Of a DNA stretch of 64,000 nucleotides, positions 59,603 through 64,000 are shown piece by piece. The notes under the pieces are model-generated. The model worked only from the letters and a program-made list of their open reading frames with translations, did not search any database and was not told where the DNA came from. The position numbers and the translations under genes are program-made. How positions within the stretch are numbered: position 1 is the first letter of the stretch; each line of letters begins with the position of its first letter. The DNA comes from Convolutriloba macropyga (lineage: Eukaryota): assembly GCF_964194025.1 (NCBI RefSeq), contig NC_134469.1:64170001-64234000 (forward strand), read 5' to 3'.

Positions 59603-62600
59603 ATGTCAGATACTCAAACCCATTGCTCTAAGTGTTCTATTCACCTCCGAGGAGGTGGAGTTTGGTGCTACGGTTGCGGTACATATATGCATATCAAATG
59701 CAGTGGTCTGTCAACTAAAAACGATCACCATCCAAACTTCATTTGCAAACACTGCAGTCATTCTGCAAAAATTGACCCTCAAGAACATGATCCAAGACCC
59801 TCAATCGAGACACCCCCGGAACCATGCGACTTTTGGAAAAATTTTAAAGACGAACAAATAGAAACACTAAGGAAAATATACAACGAAATAGTTCATTGGA
59901 AACCAATCTTCTTTACCATTAGCAAAAATAAAGTAGGCTTCAAAATTGCAGATGTAATGAACATCATTCTCACCAGAACGCTTGAAGATGGGCCTCAGAC
60001 TGAATGTGCTATGATTTGCACAATGATAATGCCGCATTTACTTCTCGCAAGATCCAAAAGTGAAAATGATGCTTCAATAACAAAAACCTTATCTAGAAGG
60101 CTCGATCTGTGGATCAGATGCAAATTCGACGACCTTTTTGTTGAGGCCAAGGCACTTCAGGAACGCTTAAGGAAATTAAATAGAAAACGAGAAGTGGATG
60201 AATTTAAAGCCTTTGACAATTAAATGGAGTCCGGTAAGATATCGAATGCTTTACGATGTCTTTCAGACGATGCAAAGGGCGGTGTGCTATCAACATCCGA
60301 TAAAGTGACTATCAAAGGAAAAAACTGCACCGTACTCGATCTTCTACAAGAAAAGCATCCATGCAGTCAGAAATCTGATCTTAAGTACGTAGTAACTGAC
60401 CTGAAAAATCGGGATTTGCCGTTCCATCCCTCTATTTTTGAAAAAATAAATGTCTCTGAAATAAAACGCGCCGCAATGAAAACAAATGGCAGCCATGGCC
60501 CATCTGGTCTTGATGCTAGCGAGTGGAGACGACTTTTGACATCATACAAATCCTCCTCAATCGATCTTTGCAAAACAGTGTCCAAACTTGCAATCAGAAT
60601 TGCCACCGAATAATTAAATTTCTTGAATTCTTATAACGCTTGCCGTCTGATTGCACTAGATAAATGCCCTGGGGTTCGACCAATTGGCATTGGCGAGGTC
60701 ATAAGACGAATTATAGGCAGGAGTATAGTAAAGTGCGTTAAACGAGATCTCCAATTACTTGAGGGAAACGTACAGATGTGCCTTGGACAAAAGAGTGGCA
60801 TCGAACATGCTATCCATGCACTCCGGCAGCGCTTTCTTGAAGATCGTACTGAAGGTATCCTACTGATTGATGCCAGCAACGCGTTTAATAGCTTGAATAG
60901 AGATCTGGCTCTAAAAAACATCAGAAAGCTTTGTCCCTCAATTTATACATATACAGCAATCAGAAACTCGTATAAGACCCCATCAGACCTCTTCATTGAT
61001 AAAAGAGTAATCAAGTCTCAAGAAGGAACAACACAAGGTGATCCAATAGCCATGGCAATGTACGGAGTTGCTATACTTCCTCTCATCGACATGCTCGAAG
61101 ATCAAAATTTGACTCATAAATGGTACGCAGATGACGGTAATGTGGCCGGTAGTCTTGAATCACTGCGATTCGTGCTAGATAAGCTCTATGAACATGGCAG
61201 TGCATTCGGTTATAATGTGATCAAATGTCATCTTATTACAAAACCTGAGTTTATTCAGAAGGCGAACAAAGTTTTTTCGGGATTAGATGTTGATGTTATT
61301 GAAGGTCATCGAGTCCTAGGTTCAGTTATTGGTTCTGATGAAAGTTGTAACGATTTTCTGAAAGAAAAGTCAGTGAACTACTCTAACATGCTTGAGAAAC
61401 TCGCTAAACATAGTAAGGTGTCCCCTCAGAATGTGTACAAATCATTTACGAACGGATTGCAACACAAGTTGACTTTTATTGCTAGGACTACTCCAAACGC
61501 GGACAGTCTGCTGAGGGAAGCCGAAAAAATAATTGATAAAAATCTTATACCTTCAATGTTGAATCATCCCTCTTACAGTGACAGATACCGGAAGGTTTTC
61601 TCTCTTCCTCTTAAAGAGGGTGGGCTGAACATTCTTCTTCCTGAAGACAGGGCAAACGAATATGAAAGATCTATTCGGGTTTGTGAGCCGTTACAGAATC
61701 AAAACGCTATAGATGCAGAGTTTTATCAGGAGAAAATACTTCAGAAAATCAGAAAAGAAAAACAGGAACAAGCTATAGCGAAAAAGTTGGCAATCAAAGA
61801 TCTCATCAATGATAAAGAGGCATATTCTCTAGATTTGGCTATGGAAAAAGGAGCATCATGCTGGCTAGATGCACTTCCATTGAAAAGATATCATTTTGAT
61901 TTAACCAAGGGAGAGTTTAGAGATGGAATTGCTCTTAGATATGGATGGGATCCCGTAAAATTGCCATCAAGATGCGCATGTGGAGAAAATTTTAATGTAG
62001 CCCATGCTCTTCATTGTCCAAAAGGTGGCTATACGCACATAAGACACAATGACATCCGTGACTCTTTTGCCAACCTGCTCAATGAGGTCTGCGATGATGT
62101 CGAAGTAGAGCCCTGTCTTCAGTCTTTGCAAGGGGAAACCTTCGCAAATAGAACTACTACTATTGATGACGACGCTCGACTAGATATCAAAGCTAATGGT
62201 TTATTCGATTCACGCTTCAGCAGAACGTTCTTTGATGTGAAAGTGTTTAATCCGTATGCGAAGAGTTGCCCAAGAAGCATACCGGATTCCTACAAATATC
62301 ACGAGTCCATCAAGAAGCTGAAATACGAACAGAGGATAATCGACGTCGAGAAAGCCACCTTCTGTCCGTTAATCTTCTCGTGTACAGGAGGAGCTGGTCC
62401 ATCAGCATCAAAAGCCATACAGAGATTGGCTTCTAGGATCAGCGATAAGAAAGAAGATTCATATTCGGACGTGATCACGTACATAAGGACAAAACTAAGT
62501 TTCGCTCTTTTACGTAGCTCCATACTCTGCCTCCGTGGCGCGCGCTCCATGCGCAGGCGCCCTGCAGTAGAAGCGTCAATAGGAACCATTGTAGAGGAAG

Positions 62601-62617
62601 GGAGGCTGTTATGCTAA
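59603..62617 (+). pseudogene. PHD - reverse transcriptase - restriction-like endonuclease polyprotein (1004 codons, two in-frame TAA stops at 60221 and 60611)
   Basis: Three track ORFs share one frame. N-terminal C4HC3 PHD; CRE-type RT motifs RPIGIGEVIRR, LLIDASNAFNSLNR, EGTTQGDP, WYADD; knuckle CAC-x7-H-x3-C, RHNDIRD, RLDI...FDVKV...KKLKY. Confidence 0.93.
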
Positions 62618-63507
62618 ATGCTTGATATTTTTTCTAATCTTGATTCAAAATCACTGCATATTATACTTTAATTGCTAATTACCATATCTATCTTGTTCAT
62701 AATTCTGGTGCTTTATTTTCTTTATCCTTTGCATCTGATGCTTCAATTTTTGACTACTGTCAGAATTTATAAATACACATAGGAGTTGACTTGCTGCCCC
62801 CGAGTTGACCGACTACCCTTTTAGGGGAGGGGCTTTCTCTTAATTGACCACTTTTTGTAATGCTATTTGGGTTTTTACTTTTGTAATGAAGATTTTCTAG
62901 TGTATAGTTAGTTTTAAAAAAAGTTGGCGACTAATTTTCTACAATTTAGCAGCGACAATTTCAACTGCTTGGCCCGATCGTATCTTTGTGTATTAACATT
63001 TCTGCTTTATTAATATCCGAACAAAATTGGAGCAATTATTGTAGTCATCTGTCTTTTTGTGATGAAAATTTTCTGCTTGACTGTTTTGATTATGATAAGC
63101 TCTTTTAAAATCATTTGAAGCTCCTTAGTGAAGTCGACTTCCCAAATACTCATTGGGATAAGTGCCTATTTTTTCATTTAATTGTACAGCATGAGATGGA
63201 ATTTGTTACTGTGAATTAATAAACAGATTTAGTTTGGCTCTTAAAATTTATTCAACGTTAAGCTGTCTAGTTTTGCTTATTATGCCTCTTCAAGCACACA
63301 TCAGTTAATTCACTTTTGCAGCCATTTGTCCAAGGTCAATTGCAGTGAAGAGTTTTGAAAGGGAAAATGGAATCTTCAAAAACATAAAAACAAAAGAGCT
63401 TAATATGTTAACGCGCTAATGTGTTCGAATTTATGTGCACTTTTTCAATGCAAGTGTTGAAACGTTCTTCGTTCAGGTTTCTTCGGATCCGTTGTTCTTT
63501 ATTATAG

Positions 63508-63620
63508 TGTATGAGTCATCAGTGTCACAGGTGCAGTTAGTGGAGGCAGATGTCAGTGATCATGAATCGCTTGTGAAAATGTGCAAAACAGCCAAAGTGG
63601 TGCTCAATTGCGTTGGACCC
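63508..63620 (+). CDS. SCCPDH: SCCPDH-like coding exon 2 (gene continues beyond the window)
   Basis: Acceptor TTATAG|TG fits phase 1; VEADVSDHESLVKMCKTAKVVLNCVGP; donor |GTTAGT directly after NCVGP. Confidence 0.88.
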
Positions 63621-64000
63621 GTTAGTTGCTCATTTGCTGTCACACATTCAATTCTTATTGAAGAGCAGTCAAAATGATTTTTAAGTCTCTGTCAAAACAA
63701 CAGGATATCTGTTCTAGCCTCAATCTCTTCACACTATTGATGCTGGAATGGCGTCCCATAAGTACTGGTTTGTTTTAGAAAAAAAAGGTTGCTCTAAGAA
63801 AAAATCATTGCTGTAATTTGAAAGAAAGCTGGCTGCGTTATTCTACATGCCCTTGGCTAAGTTTTAATGAGCCTTAACCCGCAGTGCACTCACTTGTATT
63901 GAAAAGTACATCGAAACGAATTTCCAGTAAGTAAAGTCAATGTTCTGCTCATAGTTTCAAAGCTATGTTCATGTTGTCATCAGTCTAATATTAACTGTTT

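Larger units (their letters stand above)
58618..62850 (+). mobile_element. CRE-like RLE non-LTR retrotransposon in an SCCPDH intron (ends approximate)
   Basis: GC-rich leader, SGNH ORF, PHD-RT-RLE ORF and a short structured 3' region. Boundaries are inferred from composition only. Confidence 0.8.

Noticed and set aside
60221-60613. TAA reassignment or readthrough explaining the in-frame stops
   Set aside because: PIGS, POMP and the RT ORF itself terminate at TAA; single substitutions from CAA/GAA are simpler.

Overview
AT-rich, repeat-dense eukaryotic (invertebrate-like) genomic DNA; the species cannot be assigned from sequence alone. Four spliced housekeeping genes lie on the + strand: PIGS (3 coding exons, 579 aa), RPL22 (2 exons, 122 aa), POMP/UMP1 (5 small exons, 142 aa, missed by the ORF track) and the 5' part of an SCCPDH-like gene. 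Much of the rest is transposon-derived. It includes a decayed envelope/class I fusion-like gene at the left edge, a CR1/L2-type LINE endonuclease remnant, a deleted FLYWCH-MULE with a 9-bp TSD, and at least four families of non-autonomous Helentron/DINE-1-like elements. One of those families carries tRNA-derived Pol III cassettes and forms a tandem array. The strongest candidate for something undescribed is a near-intact CRE-type (RT + restriction-like endonuclease) non-LTR retrotransposon inside an SCCPDH intron. It has an N-terminal PHD finger, a separate upstream SGNH/GDSL esterase ORF, and a possible intron in its 5' region. All calls come from manual reading and motif recognition; no searches were run.
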